A stretch of DNA of 62,476 nucleotides, the filler included, from Candidatus Hydrogenedentota bacterium (GTDB lineage Bacteria > JBFMHD01), in NCBI GenBank assembly GCA_040752395.1. It is 5 parts of 5 records of this genome, joined end to end, with 100 filler letters (N's around TTAATTAATTAA, not from the genome) between each part and the next. Parts side by side here need not be neighbours in the genome. Positions count along the whole stretch, not along the records: positions 53,297 to 62,476 come from JBFMHD010000112.1; 4 more parts are not named here. The stretch is one strand, 5' to 3'. Shown here one piece after another: positions 61,553 to 62,476 of this stretch. Made by a program: the position numbers and the translations under genes. Each line of letters begins with the position of its first letter. Position 1 is the stretch's first letter. The notes below the pieces were generated by a model. That model was not told the origin of the DNA and made no database searches. It saw only the letters and a list, made by a program, of their open reading frames with translations.

Positions 61553-61636
61553 ATATGCATTATTTCTCGTGCAAAACCTGATTCAGGTTTTGCAAAATTT
61601 GTTAAAGGATTATCTGGAATTTGTCCGTTCTGCCAG
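61553..61636 (+). repeat. 84-bp direct repeat, copy 2 (5'-truncated copy of the Cys-rich gene)
   Basis: Identical to 60331-60414; in-frame TAA just upstream. Confidence 0.9.
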
Positions 61637-61679
61637 GCGTACAACACGATAAAAAAAACGGACCAGGAGGTAAACTAAG

Positions 61680-61898
61680 ATGCCAATTTACAGTTATAAA
61701 TGCAAAAAATGTGGTGTTGAGTTTGATGTACTGGTAGGTGTTGGAACAGGAGACCAGGAAATAAAATGTGAGAAGTGTAATAGTAAAAATGTTGAGAAGA
61801 AATTTACTTCTTTTGCAATTGGTTCAAGTGGTAGTTCATCATTTTCGTCAAGCTGCCCCACAGGTATCTGTCCAACAGGAACCTGTAATTTGAATTAG
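61680..61898 (+). CDS. FmdB-family zinc ribbon protein
   Basis: MPIY.Y.C..CG..F...C..C.S, Ser-rich Cys tail. Confidence 0.88.
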   Translation: MPIYSYKCKKCGVEFDVLVGVGTGDQEIKCEKCNSKNVEKKFTSFAIGSSGSSSFSSSCPTGICPTGTCNLN

Positions 61899-61904
61899 AA
61901 CCAG

Positions 61905-62213
61905 ATGACAGATTTCAAACAGATTGACAGAGCAAGAAAACTGTTGAATTTAAAAGAGGAAGCATCTATAAGCGAGATAAAAGATGTTTATCGTAAACTC
62001 ACTTTGAAGTATCATCCGGATAAATGTAAAGATAAACAAAAAAAGGATTGTGAAGAAAAGTTTAAACAGATAACCGAGGCTTATAACATTCTTATAAGTT
62101 ATTGTGCAGGATATAGATATTCTTTTAGAGAGAAAGACATAAAACAAGCCACGATGGATCAAGAGTTATACGACCATCTGAAACGGTATTATTCCGAGTG
62201 GTGGGGCGACTAA
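61905..62213 (+). CDS. DnaJ (J-domain) protein
   Basis: EIK..YR.L..KYHPD, F.QI.EAY.IL. Confidence 0.88.
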   Translation: MTDFKQIDRARKLLNLKEEASISEIKDVYRKLTLKYHPDKCKDKQKKDCEEKFKQITEAYNILISYCAGYRYSFREKDIKQATMDQELYDHLKRYYSEWWGD

Positions 62214-62229
62214 TAAATTAAAGATTCAA

Positions 62230-62476
62230 GCGTGCTAAGATAAGCTCTTTGAAATCTAACTGAGTGCAAGGTGTCAGTAATCGTAAAAGTCTGTAAACGA
62301 TTTAGTTTGAGGTGCAACTTATGGAGTAATCTGTAAAGTTGAAGCCACGTGACAAAGCACGTATAGCGTGCGAAACAAACAAACAGACCGTAAGGGAAGT
62401 GAACCTATATGTAGCCTCGTTATTAATTAAATTGAGAAAGACGAACCTGTTTGAATTTGGTGAACTCAGCAATCTA
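62230..62476 (+). mobile_element. Probable 5' portion (domain I) of a group II intron, runs off the window
   Basis: Non-coding; GCGTG start resembling GUGYG; CAACTTATGG-AGTAAT-CTGTAAAGTTG hairpin; GTGAAC...GCCTCGTTA and GACGAACC...GGTGAACTC segments resembling domain I. Confidence 0.45.

Overview
Low-GC bacterial genome fragment, probably a metagenome-assembled diderm anaerobe (inferred from GT9, CsgG-like lipoproteins, RpoN and HdrA-MvhD). It consists of five contigs joined by 100-nt N-gaps carrying an artificial TTAATTAATTAA linker, so adjacency across gaps is unproven. Contig 1: decayed purine/oxamate genes (xdh stub, DUF2877, split fdrA), ADH, GT9, HEPN-MNT and comEA. Contig 2 (minus strand): ftsW'-murG-murC-ddl-ftsQ-ftsA-ftsZ, then rpmG-tRNA-Trp-secE-nusG-rplK-[MTase, Tsp45I-like REase]-rplA-rplJ-rplL-rpoB-[MNT stub]-rpoC-rpoN-hpf-ptsN'. 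Contig 3: mtnP, a cNMP-domain gene, trpS-[MNT-HEPN]-scpAB, HDOD, alaS, ruvX. Contig 4: a large secreted multidomain protein and three CsgG-like lipoproteins. Contig 5: HdrA-MvhD fusion, Fe-S/metal-cluster genes, a mini-island (IS110 stub, attC-bearing TA cassette) and a probable group II intron 5' end. The most striking unexplained signal is a family of transcription-oriented modular intergenic elements built from interchangeable 7/8-mer tandem repeats and hairpins. Their conserved end (TTTTCRRAGGRG, mRNA sense) supplies the Shine-Dalgarno of about a dozen genes, often next to an 11-6-11 dif-like core. They saturate essential operons that also host inserted defence/TA genes. Protein family calls are from motif recognition only; no searches were run.
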